Shown: positions 25,196-38,153, counted from the whole stretch's first letter. The stretch is 59,176 bases of DNA, filler included, from Sphacelaria rigidula (GCA_964200075.2; 5 parts of 5 records of this genome joined end to end with filler, not necessarily neighbours in it); one strand, 5' to 3'. A program made the numbers and translations. The notes: generated by a model not told the origin, from the letters alone.

Positions 25196-25764
25196 CTGTT
25201 CTCGTTGTTTTTCAACAGAAGCGAGATGATAGACGATTAAGGATTATTCATTTCATTCTATTGCCTCACGGTAGTAAGTCATCATTTGTGAACCCGCCCA
25301 TCGTCACGAGGTGGCCGCTGGTACACGTTATCCGTATGTTGGAGCGTCCCTCGGCTATCGATAAGTTTAACAGCATGCTTACAGCATAGACCAGTTTCGA
25401 AAACGGATGTCCCGGGAAATCGGGGGTTTTATACAACGGTTACACAAGGCGACAAAGCGGGCGATTACAACCCGATTCACACTGTACGCACGTGTTCAAC
25501 TCATCCACAATGTTTCATAGCCTGGGGATGTTCCAAATGTAGATGGCGTGTAGCGGAGAGGCCAGCCGTGTAGGCGCTACCACGACAACGACACGAAAGA
25601 GTACTCACCGGAGAGGAAACTCGGCGTGAAAAGTGTACTATATGCACAGTATCAGTACTACTATAGCAATCTATGGTCAACACTACAAGTATTTGGCATG
25701 TTGTTGTTTTCTTTGAATGTGTGATGCTGATACAATAGCTAGACCAATGTTTCAGTTGATAACT

Positions 25765-25985
25765 GCGCCGACCGGTGGATCAGTTGATCACCTCGAACGC
25801 GTTCTGACGGCTAGGTCGTTGGTGGAACCACACGAACTACGATTTTTGTTATCACAATATGCCGAACAGTGGGAAGCGATTACTTCGTGAGTAAACGGAA
25901 TTCAATTTGACTATCCACCAGGGAAGGGGATAGCTGAGCCATTATCGCGACAAAAATCAAGGCAAGCACCGCAGAAGTACGGCGG
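25765..25985 (+). mobile_element. 5' half of a tRNA-derived SINE (3' half at ~32119-32240)
   Basis: Collinear similarity to the intact copy at 42972-43328, including the A-box-like GTGGATCAGTTGA and the GCTGAGCC…TCGCGA…AAGCACCGCA block. Confidence 0.65.
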
Positions 25986-26148
25986 AGACTCATGCCGCGG
26001 TAGGGGTACACAAAAGATCCCTCAGGTTGGGTTGTTAGGAGCCCTTGAACCCATCCCCAAACAACCCATGAAACATGTGAGAGCACGTCACGATTAACAT
26101 TTCCATAGGCTAGAGTAATCTCGAATAAAATTCAAAACGGCACTGTCC

Positions 26149-26552
26149 TATTCGAATGATCGTGTTGATCAGATGATCTCATAGCAACAATGGTCCCTTG
26201 CGGTGTGCTCCAACAGCTTACTGCCCGCTTGCAGTAACTTGGAACAAGATGATGTGATGTATTGTAAGCATTTATCAATACTATCTACACGTAGGAAACT
26301 AGGTGAAGGTGGGTAAGGGGGACGAGTAAGGGAGTAGGGCGTAGAGCACTACCCTGTCACGACAGCCTACGCTCCAAAACCTACTGCGTTGCAAGATCCG
26401 CGATAAATTCCCCAAAATATAGGAACTTGGAACAAGTTGCCTTTCTCCGATCATAAGGAACTTTCTCAGTAATTTCGCCAGAATAATCGAATACTCCGCA
26501 TTTACCCCGCTCATGCTTCTGGCTTCTGTTCGTAGATCAACCAGAATGAACA
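26149..26552 (-). repeat. 3' LTR of the Copia element
   Basis: Direct repeat of 31577-31976, preceded on the element strand by purine-rich AAGGGATGG (PPT-like). Confidence 0.85.
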
Positions 26553-29500
26553 CCATCCCTTGCCGTATCGACTAACAAGCCCAAGCATGACCTTACTGCC
26601 GTCGAATAAACTACACTAGATCTAATTCCCTACTGACATCGTCTTGTCAAATGATGGGGTTCACCACAACAAAAAAATAAAAAGGGCGCTACATTCTGCC
26701 TAAGAGAAAATCACGGCGCCTTTCGAAACTCTCTCTCCCGATGGCTTCGGTTAGAATATCCGCATGCTGTTCTTATGATTGAAGATACTTAACGGATATG
26801 TCATCGCTAGCAACCAACTAACTCCCTGAGAAAATGGTACCGTATATCACTGTGCTTGCTGTTTGACGAGCTTAAGGGGTTTTCAGCTAAGTCTATCGCC
26901 CCCTTGTTGTCCTCAAAACGCCATGCTTTTCGACCCCAAACTGGGCACTAGGAACTTCAGAATCTCCCTCACATACAGGGCCTCCTTGACACAGTCTGCC
27001 ATTGCGACATACTCTGCCTCAGTAGTAGATAGGGTGACACACTTCTGCGTCCTAGAAAATCAAGACACTAGCGTACCTCCGCAGCAAATAGCTACACCGG
27101 AAGCAGAACATCGGTCCTCTGCCTTATGGACGTAGTTTGCGTCAACGTACGTATACGAATCAAACTCAAACTGAATACACCCCGGGTTGCTACCCTTCTT
27201 GGAAAGTAAACCTATGTCCGACGTAGAATTCAAATACTCGAGTATCTTCTGTGCCGCCTCGTAGTGAATCAGCGTGGGTTCATGAGTGAACCGAGCGACT
27301 GCCCGAACTGCATTCGCAATGTCGGGCCTCGCCTGGTTCGCTATCCACATCAAGCTCCCCACGATCTCACGGAAAGGCACATCCACCACGGTCTCCCCCT
27401 TCGCTCGCATACCTGAGGTCTATTGTAAAGAGGGGGTAGCGGGAATGGGGCTAGTCTTTGAGACGTCAAAATGGTTTAACACACTCTTAATGAATTGGGT
27501 GGGCGAAATCTTCAAAGTAACTTTCTCCCGGTCCCTTTTGTACTCATTCCCCATGTACCACTCCACCTTCCTAAGATGTTGAGCGGGGAATCTCTGATTG
27601 AATGGACTGATTGTTACCTTAGTAACTTCCTCAGTAGCTGCTATCATGATATCGCCCGCATGAAAGACCATCATCGCCACAACGTCTTCAGCAACCCTCA
27701 GTTAAAACACAGAGGGGGATGAATCTACCAAGCATTGCCCGAAACCACACTCCATGAGGGTTGACGACAATAGTTGATACCATGCCCGACCACTCTGCTT
27801 CAAACCGTACAAAGCCTTGTTAAGGCGGACTACCTTACCAGATACGGATTCACAACCGGGTGGCAGGCGCAACTAGATATCAGCGTCCACCTTCGACTAA
27901 ATGAAAGCCTGGTCTACATCCAAGTGCCCGAAATCCCAGTCTAGCTTGCATGCCATAGCCGCCACTAACCTGTTTGATGTAGCAGATGCCATAGGGGCAA
28001 ACGTGTCAAACTAGTCTACTCCCTCTACCTGACTATAACCCATAGCTACCATACGGGCTTTCGCCCGATCAATCATACCATGTGAATCACTTTTCCACTT
28101 ATACACCCATTTCGCGCCCACAATGTCGCACCCCCCTGGAATGTCAGTCACGTCCGCGAACGTTCCGGCAGCCATGAGCCCATCGAATTCTATCCTCATC
28201 GCCTCCATCCACACATCCGAGTATTGTGATGAACACGCCGCAGTGTATGACAACGGCTCCGGCCCCACTTCCTTGACAAGATATTTAGGGAGCTCGCCCG
28301 GCTTACGGGTGACCTCCTGTACGGCCAGCAGGTCATGGATTATTTTGCCCCCTTCATCAGGCCCTCACATGGTCACGAGCACAGATGCTTCTTGATTGAG
28401 CGCTCGCGTCTGCGCTTTGATTCGTCCAAGTTCCTCGACATTTCTATATCCAACCAGATTTGACTCGAGTTGCCACGCCGTAGTCCGCGCAGCCGTTGGA
28501 ACTGAAACACTTTCGTCCGATGAAGACGAGTCGCTCTCGTCCCCTGAGAGGTCGCCGTCTACAGACGGCTCACTACTCACCGATGACAAATAAACACCTA
28601 AATAATCAGTTGCGTTGTCGGGGGCCGGCTGATTTTGATCGCCAAGAGAACCCCGCTCACCTTCACCACCATGGTTGGCGCTCTTCGCTGAAAGTGTCAC
28701 TCGACGCTGATGGGGAATTCCTCTTCCAAGTAGCGGTAATGGAGTCGATGAGGCAGAATCGAGATCATCTAGCCCCCCCGGCTCTGGAATCTCTCCCAGC
28801 TCTAATGTCCCTGTCGGCTGTGACGTCCCTCCCAGCTCCGACGCTCCTGCCAGCTTCGGCGAAGCTGCCTGGTGCAGCTGTACTGGCGGCACCACCATGA
28901 CCGGTAACGCCTCCCAGGTGACGTCCCTTGTCTCCACTACTTGATTTTCCTACGTCAGCATCCGCAATGAATCGCAGGGCTGATCGATGCCGGGCCCGAG
29001 GTAGAAGCTACTCTCACACTTGGGGAACGAGTTTGACGGTCGGTTCCAGCGGCAATAACCCGGAAGAAGAAACGGGTGTGGTGATGCAAGTGCTGCCTTA
29101 CCGAGCCACATCTCGTACGGCGACTTGTTACCTGGGTTGGACGTCATCGCGGTGTGATTCAGGGCGTCACACACCCAATATATCGCCTCAGCCCAGAGGG
29201 TCTCCGATGGTGGTAGCTCGACATGTGGAAAGGGGATGAGAGCCTGGATGCGAGCAGCAAGTGCGGCGTTTTGAATAATACCTAGATCTCTCTCGGCAAC
29301 ACCGTTCAGTTCCGGACACTTCGCGCTGGTGAATTCCTGCTTGACACATTATTGCCTACACATGTCTTCAAAATTACCGTCGAAAAAACTCCCCTCCGTC
29401 GTCAGACCTAACTATTTCACTTCCGAAGGTACACCATCCGCACGTACATCAGCCAAAAACTTCCTGAAAGCATCAGCGTTATCAGACTTACGCTTGAGAA

Positions 29501-31576
29501 AGTATATCCATGCGTAACCGGGTAGAACCGTCCTTCATTATCATTACATGCTTCTTCCCAAGCAACGAAGGAGTTCCCTTCAGACCGCTAAAATCAACAA
29601 AAACTCTTCCTAGCTCCTGTGAAGCACGAGATTTCGTGCTGTTTGCGATTGGTTTCCTGTACCATTTTGCCACGGAACATCCTGTACACGGTTTCAAGTT
29701 ACGCAGTAACTCTATACCTAGCGATTTTTCTGTTTCTCTCAATAGGAATTCATTGGCATGTCCCTGTACGCAGTGGAAAACGTTGATGTCTATCGCAGTC
29801 TCGCGTGAGTCAGCACTACCGGGGGCTAACAAAGGAAATGTCAGGGGAATAGGGGGGTCGGGTTAAACTGAATTTTCAACAGACTCGAGAATCAACAAAG
29901 GTGAGGACATGTGGTCATCACCAGAATCAATCCTTGTACCACACGTTGAGTATCCAGACCCATCACTCCAAAACCTAACACGCCCATCCAGTAGGGTCAC
30001 ACTTATCGGAGTCATCAGTCGAGAAGCCTACTTCTCGTGTGTGCGCAGCCACTAGTGAGAATAGATCGGACACTAAATCCGGTACATATGCGACCTGCTC
30101 AAGCCTTTCAGTTGCTCCTGTAGCCCCGTTGAGGAAATGTACCGTCAATAACTCATAACACTCAATGTCGATGAGGGTATTATTACCGATCTTAACTTTG
30201 TCCTCAGAAGGTTGCACGTCACAGAGCATTCCGGCCGATTTCGGCATATGAATGCTGCTCCACTATCAGCTATCCACCTGTCAATACCATCATTACTGCC
30301 ATGTCGCACTCCCACCGTACCCTCCTTACTTTGTTGCATGCCAATCGACACACACGCTATGATTTCACCAGAGCCACCCTGTGATTTCTTCGGGGCTGGG
30401 ATGACGTGTGCGGTACAGTCAAACCGTCGGTGTCCTGGCTCTAGGCAACGATGACACTTGTTTCGCATGTCTTTGTACTTCTTGTCTACGTTTTGGCACT
30501 GCTATTTGATCGTTCTTATCTGCTGCAGTACCACCGGAAACACCCCTACCACCTTTGGCGTTATCCTTGGCGCCATCTTGATTGCGATTTCGGCGGGTGG
30601 ACTTGCTCGTAACGAGAGCTTGTCTGACGTCACGGTTCTTCGTACCATTCCTTGACATAAGCGTGTATCTCTGCCGTACGATATCCTCTATCTCTGCCCG
30701 GGTTATGTCGTCTCTGTACAAGATTGTACTCTGTTCGTACTCCTAGTCACTTGTGAGTACCTCAACTATCTTGAAGTTAACATCTTCTACAGTCATATGT
30801 ACCCCTAGTGATACAAGTACACCCACAATTTTATCCACGCGCGGGAAAAACTTCATTGGATCTTCTTTCATTTCCCTCCGTAACTCGTCGACAAGGCGTT
30901 TCCACTTTGATTTTTCCGAGAGAGTTCTCGGAAGAAACCAGTTACATAAAAAGCGCCAACCTGCACACGGGGAGTTTGAGTCAAACACCCTCCTCAATAG
31001 TTCACGGTCTGTGATACTCTCTGTCAAACACGTCCAAGCAAAACGTGCTCGTCTTATGCTTGTCTCACTAAAGTCTTGGTCCACCAAAAACGGTCAACTA
31101 ACTGAGGGGTCACCTACGGGCATATCAATAGTCGTACTGAAGACCTGCGTACAATCGTTGGACAAAGCAAAACCCTTGAATCGTTTTTTCCATCAAGGAA
31201 AATCAACACTTCCTCCTGACTTGGGGGCAGCAGCTTTGATGGTGCTTATTCCCCTCGGACTCAACGCGAAAGTGCTACCCCCTGAAATTCCAACCTCACC
31301 GACAGCTGGCAGCAGGCTATCGGTGGTGACTCCACCTTCACGACAGGAAGCAGACCCTGCCCGCTCCACGCCCGTAGTACCATCGAAATACGATGGTTGA
31401 TATCCGCTGACGGACCTCTCAATTCGTCCGCCTCTTCTTTCCTGGGCAGCCTCGACGCGTGACAGCCTTCCTACCGAGGTCCTCGTCTGCGCCTCGAGCA
31501 CCGCCCTTAATTCTTCCACTGCACTGTCTTGATCCGATCTCAGAGCAAGGGTCTAAGTTCGAACTTTACGTCAACG

Positions 31577-31976
31577 TATTCGAATAATCGTGTTGATCAG
31601 ATGATCTTGTAGCAACAACAACCCCTTGCTGTGTGCTCCAATAGCTTACTGCCCGCTTGCATTAACTTGGAAGAACATGATGTGTTGTATGTCTTTATCA
31701 TTACTGTCCACACGTGGGAAATTAGATGAAGATGGGTGAGGGAGACGAGTGAGGGAGGAGGGCGTAGAGCACTACCCTGTCACGACAGCCTACGCTCCAA
31801 AATCTACTGCGTCGCAAGATCCGCGATAAATTCCCCAAAATATAGGAACTCGGAACATTTTTCCTCCCTTTCAATCACGAGGAACGTTTTCAGTAACTCT
31901 GCCGGAACAATCGAATACTCCGCAATTTCCTCACTCATGCTTCTGGCTTCTGTTCGTAGATCAACTGTGTTGGACA
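31577..31976 (-). repeat. 5' LTR of the Copia element
   Basis: Direct repeat of 26149-26552, visibly diverged (roughly 85% identity by eye). Confidence 0.85.
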
Positions 31977-32984
31977 TGTCCTGATCCATAGAATAGTTCG
32001 AATGAAACTTTGAACGGCAACGTCCTCACCGATATTCTTACGTAGCTCTCAACTCCAGGAGCCCCCCAATGAGAAATATCAAGGCCCAAACGTGCAACCC
32101 CTACCGTGTCATGAGTCTGGGGCGAAAACAAAGATAATCTTTATAAACCTTGTGCGATCCTCGGTGGTGCACCCACATACACCGAAAGTTGTACAGTAGG
32201 CCCCGAGAAAAAACGGGACAAAACACATATATACATAAGCATTATTTGGCGTTTTGTTGTATTGTTTGATTGCGTAATCATTACTTGAACTTCACACGTG
32301 GTCAAATCGTGATCATACAGCCAGCTAGCCAGTACGAGTGCCGTTGGCTTATATGCCCCATTCTGAAGGTGTTTTATAGCTTGATCCGCCGCGGTTTAGT
32401 GCTTGTTCGATATTTCACGTGACCGGCGTTGGGTACGTTCACGTGTTCATGGGTACGCCGGACAGGAGGGACGAGGGAAAGTGATTTCCCCTTGATGTTT
32501 AGTAGCACACCGCACAAAATCCATATCAGCCTGTCTTCTTAATGACGTACAGAGCACAACATATTGAACGCTGCGATTGAAATATGCCGCGGTAACTTAC
32601 TCTTCGTAGGCACCCTTCCACCCCCCACCTCCTCCACCCGACAGCATCTCTATACGTCAAGATAGGCGCCACAAGTAAGGAACCCAAAATTTGTGTTGAA
32701 TGTTCATCATGTACAGGACAACTGAACACCTAAAAAACCCATCATCGAAGACAAACCGTGCGTGAATCTAGGTGAACTGACAACCTTGGTTTCTGCCGAA
32801 AGTTGACCAACCCTGGACGGTACAAAGTGTTGCTATCCGGAAGGGCAAAAAAAAGAGCACTCGTCTTCACATTCCGTTTCGGACGGACGTGGAAATTATT
32901 GCTTGCCGATATATTAGCTTGAATATACCGTCCACCTCCACAGCCAGCACTACCACTCGTTTTTTAGCACGGCAAAAGCCTCAC

Positions 32985-33263
32985 CTTGCGGCGCTGGGCG
33001 CGGTTCATGCCAGGCGACAAAGGAAGCCCGCGGATGGAGCGTCCCGCACGGACGCGCGTAGATACGACGTACGCATCGAACTTCTTGGCCTGCGCTTCGG
33101 TGAGCGAAATGTTAGAAGGGTCAATATCAATCTTGTGCTTGTCGGTGGGCTTGTATCCGTGCCATCCCTCGATCACGGCGTCCATGAAATCCTTGAACGT
33201 CTCGTACGATTCCTCGTCCCCAGCGACGGCACCGACTGCATGGTTTGGTGCGTCGATCCCTGC
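32985..33263 (-). CDS. Phosphagen kinase, upstream internal exon (93 codons)
   Basis: AGIDAPNHAVGAVAGDEESYETFKDFMDAVIEGWHGY…YVVSTRVRAGRSIRG…RRK. Donor AAG|GTGAGG, joining in phase 0 to VEKIL of exon 24837-25195. Confidence 0.92.
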
Positions 33264-33399
33264 CTGATTCAGTGATTCGGCGACGCCAGGGGGAGGGGAG
33301 TGGAAACATGCGCACTTTGACAGAGGTATCTTGGAAAGTAGACCGGGGATGACGCTCCACCACGCCTGAGCGCAAGGGTTGGATTAGAATGATAGGTTG

Positions 33400-33730
33400 A
33401 AGAGGCGTGTACTCATGATCTTGCATGCCGTACTCACAAGACCGTTGACCTCGCTTCTCTACGAAGCCAGGATGGAGCATACCGGGTTTTCGCCGGACCA
33501 GGCTCGCACTCAATCACTCGTTCGAAGCGCCGTGATGGGTTCGGTGACTCACATAAAGGGTGAGCTGTATCCTGCAAAAAGGTTGTTCGACCCGAGGCGT
33601 ACTGATTATTTTTCATATGGATGACAGCCGCCAATGGACTACATCTGGACGGGGGTCGGTGGGGCAGGCACTCATTTGTTGCTTGCCATCGCCATTTGAC
33701 GGTGACCACGCATCCCTTTCGAGAAGGAGC
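33400..33730 (-). mobile_element. LINE 3'-end fragment, long form containing both terminus variants
   Basis: Contains GCAAGCAACAAATGAGTGCC internally and ends GGCATGCAAGATCATGAGTACACGCC. Confidence 0.8.
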
Positions 33731-35467
33731 TGAAGCAGGGGGTGGGGTGGGTGGGGGGGGATGAGTATTTCGTCAGCATGTCGTGTCCGTCTGTTTACTT
33801 AGGATACCGCGCCCCCCCCGAACGGTGCCCTGCTCCCCGTCCCCGTCGTTGAGGTTGTTCGAATATAGGACGTGGGCAAAAAATGGCCATTTCGTGAGGA
33901 TATCCTGGGAATGGTGCGTACTCCTGAGGATTATACCCTGTATCATCCTCTTCGGTCCGGCTTCAAGATAGGCCCAGGGTTTCTGACTAAGACAGTACTA
34001 TTGCGCAAGGTGGTACAGCACAGTGGGTGAGGAATGAGGTCGGCGGTATGTTGGGGTGGCTTCAGGGGGAACTGTAGATTTTTGTCACAATGCTTGTCTG
34101 CAAGCAATTTGAACTGCATACCCCCTTGCACAATATTAACCCACAAACAGCATTGTTAGAAGACAGGACATGTTTTGTTTTCTTGCGTTTAGGGTGAAGC
34201 AGTGCATGTATACATAGTTCCGTATGTGTGGTAGTGTCTGTTAACTGTGGTTGATTCCAAGTTGGTAAGAGGCCTCAGATCTAACTGTTCTAAACGTATG
34301 TGCACATACTTGCATCGGAGATATTGGTATCTGGAAGGAAGAGCCGGCAACGAATTGTTGAAGAATGGTCGTCATAGTTTAGTGTATAGTAATGCGTGCG
34401 AACTCTGCCCCCATCATAACCTGTCTTCTCGTCTACTCGTTCTCTTGTTTATTCGTCCACTTGAGTCTACTCGTCTTCCCGATTTCTCCTCCCTTCCGTA
34501 CAACAAAGCGGCGTCTACCTGACTTTACCGTTGATGGGTATAGATGATTCATCGATTCACATTGTGATGGATTGAATTGATTGATGTATTGATTATCGTA
34601 CATTACGTGATCCCCGATGGACCCACGTGCGGTCACCAGATAGACGTGTCTGAGGTAAACGAAAAAGAAACGGCTGCTGAAGAAAGATAGAAAGGCGAAA
34701 AAACAACAAGATAAAAGCAACAAGAGGAGTAAACTGAGAAGCCAAAACGAACTAAAAGAAGCTGGAAAAGAAACGAAAGGAAAAGAAAGGACAATGCGTC
34801 ACTCTAGTATTGATGTGTGCTACCGTAGTCCTCCGCGATCAATATTACCAATGTGCAGTTTCATACACACAACCTACAAACATACATGTGTGCTTTGCTG
34901 CTAGTTCCAGCTCGAGCTGTGAGTTTACCTCTAGTCTAGACTTGTGTGGTTGGTGCTACACGAGTAACAGAATTGCTGTCCCTGTCAGTTGAGCCTAGAC
35001 TCATGCAGTCAGTGATGTGTTAGTGTCAGTTTGACTGAGGTGTGAATATCAACGGTGGTATATACTCGGTCGGTGGTGAGGTGTGATTGATTGATTAATC
35101 GATTGACTGTCGCATATCAAGTATGAGTAGCCAGATAGTCGGTGGTGTTTGATCGCGAAGGACTTGGTCTCCAGGTGGCGACAGCACTTAGGAAATGACC
35201 AGTTAAGAAATCGACGCTCAATTTTTTCAGATTTTAATGAACTGATTCTCGGAAATTTAGCTCAGATCGGAGCGAACATAAGCATCAGAGATTGAAAGAT
35301 GCAAGAGGCTCGGCGAATAAGAAATCTGTCATCGATACTGCAGCCTTGGGAAATAAGAAACTGGCCCAAGACCCATTAGCCCCTTGGCGCAAGGATGCCC
35401 CACCCCCCTCCACCCCCCCCCCCCCGCCACGGGCGCCGCGGCCCGAGTGACAGAAAGGAGTCGACAA

Positions 35468-35567
35468 NNNNNNNNNNNNNNNNNNNNNNNNNNNNNNNNN
35501 NNNNNNNNNNNTTAATTAATTAANNNNNNNNNNNNNNNNNNNNNNNNNNNNNNNNNNNNNNNNNNNN
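35468..35567. other. Artificial contig spacer
   Basis: N44-TTAATTAATTAA-N44. Confidence 0.98.
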
Positions 35568-35823
35568 GTGTCTGGGCTGCGTGTACATGGGTTGCAACGC
35601 TGAAAATAAAGCCTAGGGATTGACTCGAACAATTCGAATCGAGTATACTAAAACCAAGTAATTTCCAGACGAATCATTTATTCCTCCGACCCTTGAAATC
35701 TTACACGTTTCGTGCAGCGCCTGACCAGGGCCCCATGTAATCGCCGATGAAGTCAAGCATGAAGCTTGTGAAAATGGTGCGAAATGCCAGGCGCGTTTCA
35801 TGTGTAGGCATGCAAGCCCTCAC

Positions 35824-35912
35824 CCGATCGGCGGGAGAAACGGTAGACTCCCCGTTCGGGCTGAGGACGAGCCCCGAGAAGGGCGTGCCGAGGTCCATCT
35901 CCTTCACCAATC
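35824..35912 (-). CDS. TSR3: 18S rRNA aminocarboxypropyltransferase, exon 2 (gene continues off the contig)
   Basis: (G)LVKEMDLGTPFSGLVLSPNGESTVSPADR. Acceptor GGCAG|GA, donor CGG|GTGAG, phase matches exon 1. Confidence 0.88.
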
Positions 35913-35995
35913 CTGCCCAAAATCGTGTGGTCGCAATCACAACGAAACAAACAGAGCGGAGCTGACTAGCCGTTGGATCTGTTGCCGAGTTTCTA

Positions 35996-36194
35996 CACTG
36001 TAAGATGCCGTGTTTTTCCAGGGATATGTACGGATAAAGCCGTGATTTTACGGATTGAAGACTGTAGCGTCAGAACTAAAACAAAATATGAGAAAAAGAG
36101 GGAATGCGGAAAAGCAACCGATACGGGGACTCGATCCGCCTACATTCCGCCTTGAACGGATTCATATTACGGCTCCTGTTACGGATTTACAGCG
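35996..36194. mobile_element. Small MITE with TA flanks in TSR3 intron 1
   Basis: TA|CACTGTAAGATGCCGT … ACGGATTTACAGCG|TA imperfect TIRs. Confidence 0.5.
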
Positions 36195-36249
36195 TAATCC
36201 GTAGCGATTTTTTCACGGATTTCAAACCGCGGATTCTTTTTCAAAAGGC

Positions 36250-36495
36250 TCCTGAGGGAGGAAGACGATGTATTTTGCAACGCGAACACGCTGGTTCGAT
36301 TCCTCGTCATCAGCTCTTTTCTTTGCCCTTCTTTGCGTCAAACTTGTTTTACCGTTGATCTCAGAGCAAGAAGAAGAAAAACAAGATTTCCTCCGTTAAC
36401 ATCCTTGTTTCTTCTCTTGTTTCTGTGTAGGTGGCGCACGAGATTCCCTCGCATGTTGGTGCTGGGCGAATCACCCACGTAGTCGATCCATCAGT

Positions 36496-36537
<42 letters not shown>
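36250..36537 (+). mobile_element. SINE-like element ending in (CA)n
   Basis: B-box GGTTCGATTCC at ~36293 and a 3' (CA)n tail at ~36499-36537. Confidence 0.4.
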
Positions 36538-36539
<2 letters not shown>

Positions 36540-37431
36540 GTACGAATGTACCAGCAGGATCGGCAGATTTAACGTGGACGTCCACAGGTTACTGCACCAC
36601 TCAATATCATTCACGAGGGGTTACCCATGGCAAGAAGTACAGTAAAGCAAGACAAGAGTTCCCCTCGCATCCTTACAACGGCGGGAGTCGGCGACAAGAC
36701 GGGTACTTGCCAGCAAATGCCACGACTGGCAGGCTTCAAGCTGCGAGTCATCGCCATCGCCCTGTATCGGCATTCCGGTACACCGACTGTTACCCATGTA
36801 TCAGCAGTAGACAATTAAAAACGCAAGCTTACACGACGCATCGGAGTGTTACACTCATTTAATTGGAGATGGAGCACTTTCAATGGGTCGAGCTTTCGAG
36901 CTTCAGAGGCCGAGGGCGTTTTGCGGGAATCGTGGACAAGCAATTTCTGAGCAACGTTTGCGTGAGCGTCGCGTTTTGCTATTGTAGGCGTAGATTAGGT
37001 TGTGAGAGCCAGCAGAGAGCACACGCCATGAACAGCAGTGGCGAACAAAGCAACACTGGCCGTGAGCATCCGTTGAGGATGCAGTATAGTACTTGTATGC
37101 CACCCTGAGGCCTCAGGCGGCAGCCACGACGACACACATATCAAAGCCCTGCGCCGAAGACATCACTTGCCATTAACGGTGGTATATCCAATCATACCAC
37201 ACCTTCCCCAAAGGCAAAGAAGATCAAGCTTTTCGGCTGAGCCAGTAGAGGCACTTGCTCATCAGAGCAATATCACAGCACAGTACTCAACTCCCTTTGC
37301 ACACACGATAACAGCACGGTGCATCAACCGCAGGGGGCAGCTCGAAGCTGCTTTTGTGCTGCACGCGCGTACAAAAGGACGACCTCTAACCGGAGGGAGT
37401 ACAACAGGATGAGGCTGTATCGCCGTCTCAC

Positions 37432-37771
37432 CTAGCCGACACAACTTGCGACCAGTGCACTTTTTCACATCACACTGTTCGAAGTCCCACATGCGAAGGG
37501 GAACCGTTAGTCCGTGATACGCATATCCCTGTGCCCCAGCTCCCTCCTCCCGCTGGTGAACAATGTACTCGCGCTCGCCGTGCCTCTGGCTTCGCTGCTG
37601 AGCGTGTCGGCCCCTGCTACTGGTGCTGCCATGAGTTTTCGGGCGACCTCTTGCGCCGGCGGCGCCACCCCTACTCCCATCTCTATCACGAGTACTACCA
37701 CTACCACCAGAACTTTTCGACTTACCTCGCTTACCCCCCCCTTTTCCTTTCAGCGGTCTATCGCGCTCCAT
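37432..37771 (-). CDS. TSR3: 18S rRNA aminocarboxypropyltransferase, exon 1
   Basis: ATG at 37771, a basic Gly-rich N-terminus, then LRMWDFEQCDVKKCTGRKLCRLG (the TSR3 N-terminal signature). Donor G|GTGAGA at 37431. Confidence 0.88.
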
Positions 37772-38153
37772 CGTGTGACGGTGGCGTGCTTTGGGCAAGG
37801 AGTCTGCTCATTTCGGAATAGTTGTTCGCGAGACTGTCAATCAAAATGACATTCTGTACGCGTGGTAACGTAGCTTCGTTTCAGAATAAATACGTTGACC
37901 AATCCAAAAAAACGTCAACGGCAAGTAGGCATCACTTCGGAATAGTTGTGGCCCCGCCGAACCCCCTCTGGCTCCCCACCCCACCGTGATCACACTTCTT
38001 CTGATCCAATCTAGCTGTCATACCCTACAGCGTTATTGCACTGATCCGAATCAGCAGCGATATATTCTGCCAGCTCGTGCTGACAGTCAGAGAGAACCAG
38101 AACAAGAGTTTAACTGATATCAAAGCCAAAGTTCACTTCGCGCAGACGATACC
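37772..38153. promoter_or_regulatory. Putative bidirectional promoter between TSR3 and CDC20
   Basis: 382 bp between divergent ATGs, with two CCAAT boxes (~37899, ~38006) and a duplicated TCA[T/C]TTCGGAATAGTTGT motif. Confidence 0.55.

Larger units (their letters stand above)
26149..31976 (-). mobile_element. Full-length degenerate Ty1/Copia LTR retrotransposon
   Basis: Domain order gag (CHRCLEPGHRRFDC knuckle), PR (WIADSGA), IN (H…H…C..C, VFVDFSG), RT (KWVYKWK…KARMVAMGYSQ, FREIVGSLMW…RPDIA), RNaseH (YVDANY, QHADILT). Two ~400-bp LTRs, 5-bp TSD TGTCC (26144-26148, 31977-31981), and many stops and frameshifts. Confidence 0.95.
25986..32118. mobile_element. ~300-bp MITE split by the Copia element (arms 25986-26148 and 31977-32118)
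   Basis: TIRs AGACTCATGCCGCGGTAGGGGT (25986-26007) and ACCCCTACCGTGTCATGAGTCT (32097-32118), matching at 20/22. TSD not resolved. Confidence 0.7.
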
